In this document: positions 1-9,509 of the stretch, piece by piece
Layout: every line of letters starts with the position of its first letter
Position numbering within the stretch: the stretch's first letter is position 1
From: an uncultured virus (IMG/VR IMGVR_UViG_2660238032_000003)
Lineage: Duplodnaviria; Heunggongvirae; Uroviricota; Caudoviricetes
Virus record (IMG/VR): IMGVR_UViG_2660238032_000003
Strand: one strand, 5' to 3'
Length of the DNA stretch: 64,000 bases
Translations under genes and position numbers: made by a program
Notes under the pieces: model-generated
Databases searched by the model: none
Told to the model about the DNA's origin: nothing
Seen by the model: only the letters and a program-made list of their open reading frames with translations

Positions 1-861
1 ATGTTTATAATAGAGAAGCTATCATTAAAAAATTTAAATTATTTTAAAACACTACAAGAAGAAGCTAATGATAAGTATATTAATAACAAAGATTTTTTTG
101 AATTATATAATGATAAATCATTCATTACTAAGTATATAAAAAGAAGAGAGATCAAGTTGTTTAAATATAACAACAAGTATATAGGTTACTTATGGATGCA
201 ATATCCATTATCAGATGTTATAAAAATTTTATCTTTATATGTAAGTGATTATTATATTAATTTTATGTCAAAGGAATTAACTAATGTTTTTAAAAACAAG
301 ACTTTAAATTTTGATGTAGTAGATAGTAACATAACTTATGATATAATGACTAAATTGAATTTTACTCGAATTAGGTCAACATCGCTAATGAAAATGAGAA
401 CATCTAATTGTAGCTTTAATTTCAATAAGGATGTTAATTTCAAGGTTTTCACTAAAAAAGAAGATGAGAATCTAAGATGTTTTATTCAAAATTCTGTATT
501 TAAAGATAATGATAGAATTCCCTTAGTTCCTTATGATATAAAGTTAGAAGAAGAGGAAGACTACTATATAAATGATTTATGTGTTTTTATAATGATTGGA
601 AATATTGCAATAGGGTATGGACAAGTTATTTCGAATAAGGATATTTATACAATTGTTAATGTAGGTATATTAGAGGAGTATAGAAAAAATGGTTATGGAA
701 AAATGCTTATACAATATTTAATATATATATGCTATAAAAAACACATTTCACAAATTACAATAAATGTTGACGTGAATAATTATAAAGCTTTGAATTTATA
801 TAAAAAAATTGGTTTTAATGAATATGGAAAAATAAGTACTTGGAGCAATAAGTTAAAATAG
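1..861 (+). CDS. GNAT-family N-acetyltransferase (host)
   Basis: C-terminal GNAT motif A (VGILEEYRKNGYGKMLI) and N-x-x-A-x-x-LY-KK-x-GF. Confidence 0.8.
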   Translation: MFIIEKLSLKNLNYFKTLQEEANDKYINNKDFFELYNDKSFITKYIKRREIKLFKYNNKYIGYLWMQYPLSDVIKILSLYVSDYYINFMSKELTNVFKNKTLNFDVVDSNITYDIMTKLNFTRIRSTSLMKMRTSNCSFNFNKDVNFKVFTKKEDENLRCFIQNSVFKDNDRIPLVPYDIKLEEEEDYYINDLCVFIMIGNIAIGYGQVISNKDIYTIVNVGILEEYRKNGYGKMLIQYLIYICYKKHISQITINVDVNNYKALNLYKKIGFNEYGKISTWSNKLK

Positions 862-888
862 TTTTAGAATTTATAGGAGATGATTTAA

Positions 889-1170
889 ATGGGCAATAAA
901 TTAAATTGGAATCATGATAAGAAAATAGTCTATGGAAGAAAAAGTGATTTTAAGAGTAAAATAGATTTTATTAATGCAGTTAAATATGAACATAAGCAAA
1001 TAACGAAATATGATTGCTATATAGATAATATAACATTAAAAGTTTATATTATCACTGAAGAAGGGTTAGAAAAAAATACTTTTGTTCCAATTTCTAATAC
1101 GGATATAGACATATCAACGATGTATTGCGGAAATTTTTACACTACTGAAGGATTAAGTGGGAATTTTTAA
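889..1170 (+). CDS. hypothetical protein (host)
   Basis: 93-aa ORF with AGGAGA RBS; no recognised motif. Confidence 0.6.
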   Translation: MGNKLNWNHDKKIVYGRKSDFKSKIDFINAVKYEHKQITKYDCYIDNITLKVYIITEEGLEKNTFVPISNTDIDISTMYCGNFYTTEGLSGNF

Positions 1171-1447
1171 TGGATTGTTGCTTATGAAAGTTTACTTTTA
1201 TCAATAATTCAAACATTTAATTAAAAATACCTCTCTGCTAATAAGATATTAATAAATATAGTACTATTGCAGATTAAACTAGAATTAAAATTTAACTTTA
1301 TAGCTTCAAAATTTGTTAATTGAATTAATAATAGAAGATCCTTTAGAAACTAAAAAATAATAAACAGTGTATAATAGAGATCTAGAGTATTCTAGATCTT
1401 TTTTAACATGGTAATATTAATAGATAGGAGAAAACTCAATTTTCATG

Positions 1448-1477
1448 TTGCTTATACATTATTATGATTGATATAAT
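1448..1477 (+). promoter_or_regulatory. putative native sigma-A promoter of miaB
   Basis: TTGCTT-18bp-TATAAT with extended TG, upstream of GGAGG RBS and the miaB stub. Confidence 0.5.
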
Positions 1478-1583
1478 ATTATAAGGTAATAATATTTACT
1501 AATAGATTTTAATGTTAATAATCAATATATAGGATTATTTAATATTATTAAATGAATTTACTTAAAGTGGAGGTTTAATATTA

Positions 1584-1667
1584 ATGATAAAATTTGATGA
1601 TAAACAGCTTAACAATGTAGTTGAGCAAGATGGAGATAAACACTTCTTTATTGAAACATGGGGTTGA
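1584..1667 (+). pseudogene. miaB: displaced native 5' end of miaB (27-codon stub ending at attL)
   Basis: Translates MIKFDDKQLNNVVEQDGDKHFFIETWG*; joining at GGTTG to 46331 gives [15 protein letters not shown], the canonical MiaB N-terminal motif. Confidence 0.9.
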
Positions 1668-1692
1668 CCGTTAGTAGAAGTAAAGAAGAATT
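1640..1692. other. attL of prophage (core GGTTG 1662-1666)
   Basis: GGTTG shared with 46326-46330; arm gtagaagtaaagaagaatt (1674-1692) is the reverse complement (18/19) of aattcttctttatttctac (46303-46321). Confidence 0.88.
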
Positions 1693-1715
1693 AAAAGACG
1701 TGTAGATGTGCTATG

Positions 1716-3377
1716 TTAAGAGTTGTATATAAATGTGGTAACTAGACCATTTTTAAATTCAAGGCTTATTATCTGCCTATCTTTTACAATAATTTTATTA
1801 ATTAATATATTTACGAATTCTTTTATAAGGTCTCTGCCAACATCTTGTATTAGTGATTTCATATTGATTTTTTCACTAATTAATTTTCTAGAAAATTCAA
1901 GAGTAGCTGCATTTAAAATAAAATTATAATTATGATATGATGAATCTGTTATAGCAGTTTCATCTATTTTTTTTCTTATTTCAGTTATATTATTTTCAAT
2001 CTTTTGCTTTTTTAAAAAATAATCTTTTTTTGACATATCTGCTTCATCAAAAAGATATAGATCATCAAGTTTTTCTAATGCTCTCTCATATTTTTTTAAA
2101 TTTGAACTTAAACTATTTAAGCCAATTGCTCCATTATTTGATTTTTCATTTTTGTTTTGAGGAGTAAATAGATTCTTTGGAGCATATAGAAGTGAAGCTA
2201 ATATATCTTCAATTTCTTTAATTCCTATTACATTATCAAAGCATTTTCCTTTTAAAAGCTCATGCTCAAGTAAATCTAAGCTTAATTTCTTTTTATTAAT
2301 ATTAGATAAATTAATCATATTAGATATAAGTGTAAGTACAAAAGTTCCAACTATATTTTCACTAATGGTCTTTTGTGTACAACCAAGTCCATTATATCTA
2401 GATTTACATACATATAAACTAGGTCGAAAACCATCTTGATTAGCTTTATCCTGTTTTGCATAAAGGTTATTATTACATTCACCACATTTAACAAGACCTG
2501 AAAATATGTGAACTTTTGAATTATCCCTAAATTTAGCATTATTTCTTTTCGCATTTTCATCCATTATTTTATTACATTCTTCCCATAGATCTGTTGGAAT
2601 AATATAAGGATGATTACTTTCTAAAACTATCCATTCATTTTCTTTTTTCTTTTTACCTCTTGCAGGTTCTCGATAGTTATATCTATAAGTTCCTTTATAA
2701 AAAGGATTTCGTATTATATCACTAATTGTTTTTGTGGTCCAGGAACCCTTGCGTTTTGTTTTTATATTATTAGAATTTAACAAGTTTCTAATGTATGAAG
2801 TAGACTTATTTTCTTTATATTCACTAAATATTAGTTCTATAGTATTCTTTTCTTCATCATCAATTACAGGAAACTTAATTTCTTTATCCCATTTGTAACC
2901 TAGTGGAATAGGAGCACCATTCCATAAACCCTTACTGGCTCTATCTAACATAACAGAAGTAACTCTTTCTCCAGTAAGTTTTCTTTCAAGCTCTGCAAAT
3001 ACTAATATTATTTTAAGCATAGCTTCACCCATAGCCGAACTTGTATCAAACTGTTCGTTTTTACTTATAAAAGTACAACCATATTTCTTTAAGTCATCAT
3101 ACATAGAACAAAAATCTAAAAGATTTCTAGATATTCTATCTATTTTCCATACTAATAAGTGTGAAAATTCACCTTCCTTAATCCTTTTAAACATTTCTTG
3201 AAAATCAGGCCTATCTGTATTTTTACCAGAATATCCAGCATCTTGGAATATTTCATAATTATCTATACCAAGTACATACTTTGAATAATTAATCATATCT
3301 TGCTTTTGTAGTGGAAGAGAATCTTTATCTATTTGATGATTAGTAGATACTCTTACATAAATTGCAGATTTTTTCAT
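1716..3377 (-). CDS. large serine recombinase (phage integrase)
   Basis: AIYVRVST catalytic Ser motif, DAGYSG..RP, DRISRN, recombinase domain, zinc ribbon CGEC...C, coiled coil; ATG at 3377 has GGGGGA RBS (ORF track starts at 3419). Confidence 0.95.
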   Translation of the reverse strand: MKKSAIYVRVSTNHQIDKDSLPLQKQDMINYSKYVLGIDNYEIFQDAGYSGKNTDRPDFQEMFKRIKEGEFSHLLVWKIDRISRNLLDFCSMYDDLKKYGCTFISKNEQFDTSSAMGEAMLKIILVFAELERKLTGERVTSVMLDRASKGLWNGAPIPLGYKWDKEIKFPVIDDEEKNTIELIFSEYKENKSTSYIRNLLNSNNIKTKRKGSWTTKTISDIIRNPFYKGTYRYNYREPARGKKKKENEWIVLESNHPYIIPTDLWEECNKIMDENAKRNNAKFRDNSKVHIFSGLVKCGECNNNLYAKQDKANQDGFRPSLYVCKSRYNGLGCTQKTISENIVGTFVLTLISNMINLSNINKKKLSLDLLEHELLKGKCFDNVIGIKEIEDILASLLYAPKNLFTPQNKNEKSNNGAIGLNSLSSNLKKYERALEKLDDLYLFDEADMSKKDYFLKKQKIENNITEIRKKIDETAITDSSYHNYNFILNAATLEFSRKLISEKINMKSLIQDVGRDLIKEFVNILINKIIVKDRQIISLEFKNGLVTTFIYNS

Positions 3378-3452
3378 ATTAAATCCCCCGTATATTTTTA
3401 AAGAGTTATGATATTTCATAACCCTTTAAACTAGAATATTAATTTGTTAATT

Positions 3453-3959
3453 TTAAGCGTCTTTTAGCTTTTCTGAAGCTGATGATATTTCCCCTTTTGA
3501 CTCAGCTTCAAGCTCTAAAGCATATGCTTCAAGTTCTTTTTTCTTGTAATCTTCAAAACTTTCTTTTTTAGTAGCTGCAAGTTCATTAGTATTAGCTAAT
3601 TTAGATAATAAGCTAGCTTTGAATTGTTCAGTAGCTGCTTTTCTTATTTCTGGATCCATTTCAAAAAAAGCTTTTATTATTTCTAATTCAAAATCAGTAG
3701 CACCTTTTTGTTTTACGTATTCATCTAATGAAAATGTATCAGGTTCAATAAACATAGGTTGTGTACCATTACGAAGCCAATCTTCATTAACATTAAATTC
3801 TCTACAAATATCTGCAATTATTCTATCTGTTAGTGATCTTTTACCTTTTTCTATTGATGAAATATGTGAACGTGTCACATTAATTTTTTCACCCAGAGTT
3901 TCTTGACTAATATTGAGAGATTCTCTTAAATTTTTTAGTCTTTCATTCAAATTTATCAC
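3453..3959 (-). CDS. Xre/CI-like HTH prophage repressor
   Basis: N-terminal HTH_3 (RLKNLRESLNISQETLGEKINVTRSHISSIEKG, VNEDWLRNG); upstream of integrase, divergent from early genes. Confidence 0.85.
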   Translation of the reverse strand: MINLNERLKNLRESLNISQETLGEKINVTRSHISSIEKGKRSLTDRIIADICREFNVNEDWLRNGTQPMFIEPDTFSLDEYVKQKGATDFELEIIKAFFEMDPEIRKAATEQFKASLLSKLANTNELAATKKESFEDYKKKELEAYALELEAESKGEISSASEKLKDA

Positions 3960-3984
3960 CTCCTTGAGAAAATAATAACATTAA

Positions 3985-4096
3985 TTTGTCAACTTTGCAA
4001 CCTTTTATGGTTGAAAAGTGTTGACAAAGGTTATATTGACACGTATAATGTAATCAAAGACACCGTAGCATTGATACCTTAATAAGTGTCAATGTT
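3985..4096. promoter_or_regulatory. immunity region: divergent promoters and candidate operators
   Basis: Dyad ttgtcaac..gcaacc/ggttga..gttgacaa; TTGACA at 4021 with TATAAT at 4044; repeated ttgacac/gtgtcaa half-sites. Confidence 0.55.
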
Positions 4097-4221
4097 CACA
4101 TCTAAAAACACGATAACAGCTACTTCCAGTAGTTTTCAGTTATAGTATGTAAGTTGGTAGAAGTAAAAATTGTAGATAAAAGTGGAAGAGGGTGAATTAG
4201 ATAAAAAATAAAGATTATTAT

Positions 4222-4560
4222 ATGAGCAAATTAAAAGAACCTAAATATAAAGACATATATAATGTAATACTTGTTTTATCTAAGTACACACATGATGAAA
4301 CATTATATATATCTAAGTTGATGTTAGAATTTTTTCACACTATTGAAAAGAAGCGTATTGAAATAGCAGATTTAAAAGATATAAATAAAAGTATTAAAGA
4401 AACTTTAGATGTAGGAGAGTTTTTTACAACAGCAATGTTAGAACTCTTAGAGGGATTTAAAAGAAAACAAATAACAGCAAAAAAGGCTAAAGAAATTTTC
4501 AGTACCTCAATTGCTATTATTATTCAAACAAAATTATTTGATTTTGACACCAATAATTAG
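4222..4560 (+). CDS. hypothetical phage protein
   Basis: 112-aa ORF, first rightward early gene. Confidence 0.5.
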   Translation: MSKLKEPKYKDIYNVILVLSKYTHDETLYISKLMLEFFHTIEKKRIEIADLKDINKSIKETLDVGEFFTTAMLELLEGFKRKQITAKKAKEIFSTSIAIIIQTKLFDFDTNN

Positions 4561-4770
4561 ATTTTCATCAAAATCAGTTTGTTTTATGTTTTTTATTAAA
4601 TTAGAGTGTTCTAAATCGTTGAGCATATAAATTAATAAATCTGAATTATCAAAATTATATTCATATTTTAATTTATTAAAGATATCTGCATAACTAATTA
4701 TTAAACCATATTCTTCATAATTAGTGTAAGGAAGAGAGATTAATATATTTAGTAAATTTTTAGAATTCAT
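4534..4770 (-). CDS. hypothetical moron protein
   Basis: 78-aa ORF with AGGTGG RBS and own TATAAT/hairpin leader. Confidence 0.55.
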   Translation of the reverse strand: MNSKNLLNILISLPYTNYEEYGLIISYADIFNKLKYEYNFDNSDLLIYMLNDLEHSNLIKNIKQTDFDENLIIGVKIK

Positions 4771-4867
4771 AAATCCACCACCTTTTATAATTTATTTCAG
4801 CTCTGCCAAGCTGATATTTAAATTATAGAAAATAAGGTTCTAAATAACAACATAAGGAGGAAAAATA

Positions 4868-5023
4868 ATGCAAGTTATTTTAAAAAAGGAAGAAAAACAA
4901 CAAGCAGATGAAATATTTGACTTTATAAAGTCACTTAATATGGAAGAACAAAAAGATTTTAAAAGCTTTATAGATGGATATAGATTTGCAAAACAAATGG
5001 AGAAAAGTAAGAGGGTGAATTAG
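4868..5023 (+). CDS. small hypothetical phage protein (51 aa)
   Basis: AAGGAGG RBS; MQVILKKEEKQQADEIFDFIKSL...; below the ORF-track cutoff. Confidence 0.6.
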   Translation: MQVILKKEEKQQADEIFDFIKSLNMEEQKDFKSFIDGYRFAKQMEKSKRVN

Positions 5024-5278
5024 ATGGAAAAGGGGGATGAAAAGAAAACTGCTCTTGAAGTACCAGTTCAAGAGCAGTTCAAGGATATTTATCCAACTAG
5101 GTTAAAAATTATAAATAAAATTAATAATGGAAGGACTATTATTAATGATCATATAATAGTTGATTCATCAGAAGCTATAGAAATTGAAATACAAATAAAT
5201 GATAGTAGATATGACAAAAAACAAGTAAGAGAATCAATTAAGATAGCTTGTCAGAAACTTGTCCAATATTTTGACTAA
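5024..5278 (+). CDS. hypothetical phage protein
   Basis: 84-aa ORF abutting previous stop codon. Confidence 0.45.
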   Translation: MEKGDEKKTALEVPVQEQFKDIYPTRLKIINKINNGRTIINDHIIVDSSEAIEIEIQINDSRYDKKQVRESIKIACQKLVQYFD

Positions 5279-5822
5279 TCTGTTTAAGAATAGAGTTTGT
5301 ATCTTTAGCAGTTGGAGAAGCTTCTAAAATGCTTTCATAATAATCTAAATCAATAGTATATGATTCATTATACAATTTACCACATGTTTCGTAACTAATT
5401 GATATATTAAATTTGGTATCAGGATATGATTCAAAAAAGAAAGCACTTTTTATAGATTGTCCAGGTGCTAAAAAAATATTGGAATAATTCGTGATAGGTT
5501 TTACCAATACTCCTATTTTTGATTTTTCATAATCTAAAGTAGGATCTAAAGTTAAACTTATTAATTTACCACCAGTTTTTCCAAAGTTTTTTATAACTAA
5601 GTTACTGGAAGACTCAGCTCTATTTTTATCAATATAAAATATTATATATGCTCTGTTAGAATCTAATGATATTTTATTTGTTTGTTTCAATGTACCTAAA
5701 GCAATGCAAACAGATATTAATGACAATAAACTACTAAAAATTATAGATAAAATTTGAATTTTGTCTGTAGTACTTAATGAGTTAAAAATAGAAAACAATT
5801 TATCAATACCTCCTTTCAACAT
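5238..5822 (-). CDS. membrane-anchored hypothetical moron protein
   Basis: N-terminal TM helix then beta-rich domain; true start probably TTG after AGGAGG near 5798. Confidence 0.6.
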   Translation of the reverse strand: MLKGGIDKLFSIFNSLSTTDKIQILSIIFSSLLSLISVCIALGTLKQTNKISLDSNRAYIIFYIDKNRAESSSNLVIKNFGKTGGKLISLTLDPTLDYEKSKIGVLVKPITNYSNIFLAPGQSIKSAFFFESYPDTKFNISISYETCGKLYNESYTIDLDYYESILEASPTAKDTNSILKQISQNIGQVSDKLS

Positions 5823-5956
5823 TATTTTACCATATTATGTTGAAAGAACAAAGAAATGTAAAGATTACTACTAAACAAAAGTAAGAATCAATTAGTATAA
5901 AAGCTAATATATTGCTATATATAATTTAGGAAAATTTTTAAAAGGAGTAGATTTCA

Positions 5957-6103
5957 ATGGAAATGACAGTTGAAAAAGCCGAAGAAATATTAAAAAGAAA
6001 TGGAATAACAAGAGAAGATCTACCTAAAGCACTTAAAGAAAATGCTTTAAATATAGGTATGTTTACAATGCCATTTCAAAAAATAGAAAATAAGAAATCT
6101 TAA
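5957..6103 (+). CDS. small hypothetical phage protein (48 aa)
   Basis: AAGGAG RBS; MEMTVEKAEEILKRNG... Confidence 0.55.
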   Translation: MEMTVEKAEEILKRNGITREDLPKALKENALNIGMFTMPFQKIENKKS

Positions 6104-6125
6104 TTATAAATTAGGGGGAGAGGAA

Positions 6126-6371
6126 ATGAAAAGTACTGGTATAGTAAGAAAAATTGATGAACTAGGAAGAATAGTAATTCCTATAGAGCTTAGAAGAACA
6201 TTAGATATAGAAATTAAAGATTCATTAGAAATTTTTATAGATGGAGGACAAATAATTCTTAAGAAGTATGAACCAAGTTGCACATTTTGTGGACAAGCAA
6301 AGGATGTTATTAATTATAAAGGAAAGAATCTTTGTAAGAGCTGCTTAAATGATATTAAGCATTTAAAGTAG
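6126..6371 (+). CDS. abrB: AbrB/MazE/SpoVT-family transition-state regulator (phage-borne)
   Basis: MKSTGIVRKIDELGRIVIPIELRRTLDI...CTFCG...CKSC, typical clostridial AbrB. Confidence 0.92.
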   Translation: MKSTGIVRKIDELGRIVIPIELRRTLDIEIKDSLEIFIDGGQIILKKYEPSCTFCGQAKDVINYKGKNLCKSCLNDIKHLK

Positions 6372-6373
6372 AT

Positions 6374-6496
6374 ATGCAATGTAAATGTATTAAATGTAAT
6401 AGATATTGGAACGTAAGTATTAAACAAAAGATAGATACCAAAGGATATATTTGTCCACCATGTAGTTCTAAAATAATTAATATTAATAAGAAATAA
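6374..6496 (+). CDS. small zinc-ribbon protein (40 aa)
   Basis: MQCKCIKCNRYWNVS...YICPPC: two CxxC pairs. Confidence 0.55.
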   Translation: MQCKCIKCNRYWNVSIKQKIDTKGYICPPCSSKIININKK

Positions 6497-6772
6497 TTTT
6501 AAATACCACTACCTTTATATTGAAGTAAAACGTAAACTATGGGAAATAATTTATATTTAAAAATAAATAAAAAAAAGAATGTATTTTGTTAGAGCAAAAC
6601 ACATTCAGCAAATATCTCGTATAAAACATGATATTTATAAAAAACTTACATTAATAATTATAAATCATCATGTGTGATATTTCAAGGTTTTATGAATGCC
6701 AATTGTTGCATTTATACGACCTCGTAATAGGTATTATTAAGTCGACCATTTTAGAATAAAAGGGGAAAACTA

Positions 6773-7624
6773 ATGAGATTATATGATGATTATAATTATA
6801 GAAATGTATATACGAATAGGATAAAAGAAACAAGAGAAGATGAAATAGAAAACTTAAGAGATAGTAAGAAGTTAAGATACACTTATATGAAAAAAACTAT
6901 AATAAGCGGAAATGTAGTTGAAAGTGAAATATATCCTATATGGAAATGTAGAAGTGACATACCAAGAATTTCAATAGGAGAAAGTAGAGAAGCTCAAAAG
7001 AATTTGAATGATAAAAATGCAAAGAAAAAAATAGTCAGGCTAGTAAATACAAATTTCACTAAAGATGATCTAATGATAACACTATCTTATACAAATAATC
7101 ATTTGCCAAAAGAAGAAGAGGCAAAAAGAGATATTGAAAATTATATAAGAAGATTAAAAAGGCGTAGAAAAAAAGAAGGTCTTCCAGAACTTAAATATTT
7201 GTATGTAATTGAATATGTTAATGATCCAAATGTAAGCAAAAAGATAAGAGTACATCATCATATAATAATTAATAAAATGGATAGAGATATTGCTGAAAGT
7301 GTTTGGAAAAAAGGTAGAACTGATAGTATGAGACTTCAACCTGATGATTTTGGATTAACAGGAATAGCAAAATATGTAGCTAAAGGATTAATCCAAGGTA
7401 GAAGATGGAGCTATAGTAAGAATCTTAAAAAACCAATAATAACTAGAGATAGAACTAAATTAACTAAAAGAAAAGTAGAAAAAATAGCAAAAAGACCTGA
7501 TGAATACCAAGAATTTTTTGAAATAATATACAAAGGAAAATATGAGTATAAAGATTGTGAAGCTTTATATAGCGACAGAGTGACTGGATTTTATCTATAT
7601 GCAAGAATGAAAAAATTGGAGTGA
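6773..7624 (+). CDS. putative HUH-endonuclease (rolling-circle type) replication initiator
   Basis: Motif I (MITLSY), HUH motif II (RVHHHIII), motif III (AKYVAK); replication-gene position. Confidence 0.75.
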   Translation: MRLYDDYNYRNVYTNRIKETREDEIENLRDSKKLRYTYMKKTIISGNVVESEIYPIWKCRSDIPRISIGESREAQKNLNDKNAKKKIVRLVNTNFTKDDLMITLSYTNNHLPKEEEAKRDIENYIRRLKRRRKKEGLPELKYLYVIEYVNDPNVSKKIRVHHHIIINKMDRDIAESVWKKGRTDSMRLQPDDFGLTGIAKYVAKGLIQGRRWSYSKNLKKPIITRDRTKLTKRKVEKIAKRPDEYQEFFEIIYKGKYEYKDCEALYSDRVTGFYLYARMKKLE

Positions 7625-7809
7625 TTTTATTGAAAATAGATTCTTTGAAAGAATTATTAAAAGAAAGCAAGAAGTTAATGCTTTATTCAATGGGAATGAA
7701 GAATGCAACGAATTATACATGTGAAGAGGATTTTAACTTAGAAAATTATACTAGGATACTTGGAAATGCAAGAAAAGAGTTGCTAGAGATAGAAGAAGAG
7801 AATAAGTAA
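7621..7809 (+). CDS. hypothetical phage protein
   Basis: 62-aa ORF overlapping Rep stop (GTGA). Confidence 0.5.
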   Translation: MILLKIDSLKELLKESKKLMLYSMGMKNATNYTCEEDFNLENYTRILGNARKELLEIEEENK

Positions 7810-7848
7810 CAGCTTATACACAATTTTATTAACAAGATTAGGGGGAAT

Positions 7849-8619
7849 ATGAAAATGAGGACAATCTCTATTATAAATTTAAAAGGTGGAGTTGCTAAAA
7901 CTGTATCATCAGTTAACATAAGTCACATTTTAGCAACTACTTATGAAAAAAAGGTTTTATTAATAGATAATGACAAGCAAGGAAATGCAACTAAGATGTT
8001 TAGCTTACATGATGGAGAGGAATTAAGCATAGCGGATATAATGTCTAATCCAGGAATAGATATTGAAGATGTTATAATTCCAACTCAATATAAAAATTTA
8101 GACTTAATTCCAGCAAACATGGGATTATTAAAAGCAAATTTAAATGTAATAAAAGATGAAACTAAAGAGCAGCAAACAATATTAAAAAATGCTTTAGGTC
8201 AAGTTTGTGATAATTATGATTATTGTATAATAGACAACCCACCAGATATAAATATATCTGTAATTAACTCTCTGGTAGCATGTGAAGATGTTTTAATACC
8301 AATAAAAATTGATAAATTTGCTTTTGATGGACTAGAGGAATTAAATGAACAAATAGAAAATGCAAAACAAATAAATCCTAAAATAAAGCTTAAAGGATGT
8401 TTTATAACTCAATATCAAAATAATGATGTTAATAATCAAGGAGAAGAGGTCCTGATTAAAAACAATAAGTATCCTATGTTTAAAACTCATATAAGAAGAA
8501 CACCCAAAGTAGATGAAAGTACATTTGCAAGTTTACCAGTATGTGATTATTCAAAAAGATGTGCAGCTTCTAAAGATTATGTACAACTTGTAGAAGAATA
8601 TTTAGATCTAGAGGTGTGA
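7849..8619 (+). CDS. parA: ParA/Soj-family partition ATPase
   Basis: Deviant Walker A KGGVAKT, LLIDNDKQGNAT, IIDNPP. Confidence 0.92.
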   Translation: MKMRTISIINLKGGVAKTVSSVNISHILATTYEKKVLLIDNDKQGNATKMFSLHDGEELSIADIMSNPGIDIEDVIIPTQYKNLDLIPANMGLLKANLNVIKDETKEQQTILKNALGQVCDNYDYCIIDNPPDINISVINSLVACEDVLIPIKIDKFAFDGLEELNEQIENAKQINPKIKLKGCFITQYQNNDVNNQGEEVLIKNNKYPMFKTHIRRTPKVDESTFASLPVCDYSKRCAASKDYVQLVEEYLDLEV

Positions 8620-8882
8620 TTATGGGAAGAGCAGAAAATAGGAGAATACAAAGGAAAGTTAATAAAAAGATTGGAAAGCAAAGAGTGAATAACATAGTTG
8701 ATGGAATAGACCAGGAATTAATAAATTCTGAAATAGATAGAAAGTGTAAAATATTTCAAAGTATGATAGTTGATTCTGTAGTTGAAGCTATGAAGAGAAA
8801 TGGACTTAGTAATTCTCAAATGAAGAGGATTAGTGATGACATTGAACTTATATTGAGAAAGAAGGTACATGGGGTTGAGTAA
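8616..8882 (+). CDS. hypothetical phage protein
   Basis: 88-aa ORF coupled to parA. Confidence 0.6.
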   Translation: MIMGRAENRRIQRKVNKKIGKQRVNNIVDGIDQELINSEIDRKCKIFQSMIVDSVVEAMKRNGLSNSQMKRISDDIELILRKKVHGVE

Positions 8883-9468
8883 TTTTAAAAGACAATATTT
8901 AAATTCTGATGAACGAAACTTTTATATGATCTGTAAGTCTTTCATTCAAATGATAAATGGTGAGAGGAATTTAAATAATAAAATAACAAATGAGATATGG
9001 ATTGAATGGTCAAGAAAAGGTATGCTTACACCTTCTATGCAAAAGAACTTAAAATTAGTCAGAAGTTATCTTAATAAATTTTGTGATGAACTTGAAGAAA
9101 ATTTGGATCAAAAAGAAAGAGACAAGCTAGAAAAGCAGCTAATAAAGTTTGACTATAGATTGATTGATGATTATACATTAAAAAAGTTATTTAGAGATCT
9201 TGAAGATAGATATAAATATGTTGTTATGGAAAGAGAAAAGTTTATTCCAATAATAGAAGAGGTTGCAGAAATAAATTGCGTTGGATGTACACAAGATTAT
9301 AAGAATTGCATACTATTTAAAGCTTTTGATGATATAAATCTAGAAAGAGTGGATGAAGAGAGTAATTGTCCATATGCTGTAGATTTATCAAAATGTAAGC
9401 CAGAAGAAGTAAAAATGATTGAAAAATTTAAAGAGAAGCTCAAAAGCAAGAATCAATTTAGAAAATAA
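8869..9468 (+). CDS. hypothetical phage protein with C-terminal Cys cluster
   Basis: CVGC...C...CPY motif; in operon. Confidence 0.6.
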   Translation: MGLSNFKRQYLNSDERNFYMICKSFIQMINGERNLNNKITNEIWIEWSRKGMLTPSMQKNLKLVRSYLNKFCDELEENLDQKERDKLEKQLIKFDYRLIDDYTLKKLFRDLEDRYKYVVMEREKFIPIIEEVAEINCVGCTQDYKNCILFKAFDDINLERVDEESNCPYAVDLSKCKPEEVKMIEKFKEKLKSKNQFRK

Positions 9469-9473
9469 TTTTA

Positions 9474-9494
9474 TTGTGTCCGAATCGAACACAA
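9474..9494. promoter_or_regulatory. palindromic parS-like site 1
   Basis: ttgtgtccgaatcgaacacaa, imperfect palindrome directly upstream of parB RBS; 19/21 identical to 34678-34698. Confidence 0.6.
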
Positions 9495-9509
9495 AATAAA
9501 GGAGTTAAT

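Noticed and set aside
1584..1692. TGA at 1665 as selenocysteine or readthrough codon
   Set aside because: The stop is created by the attL junction; no miaB sequence follows it
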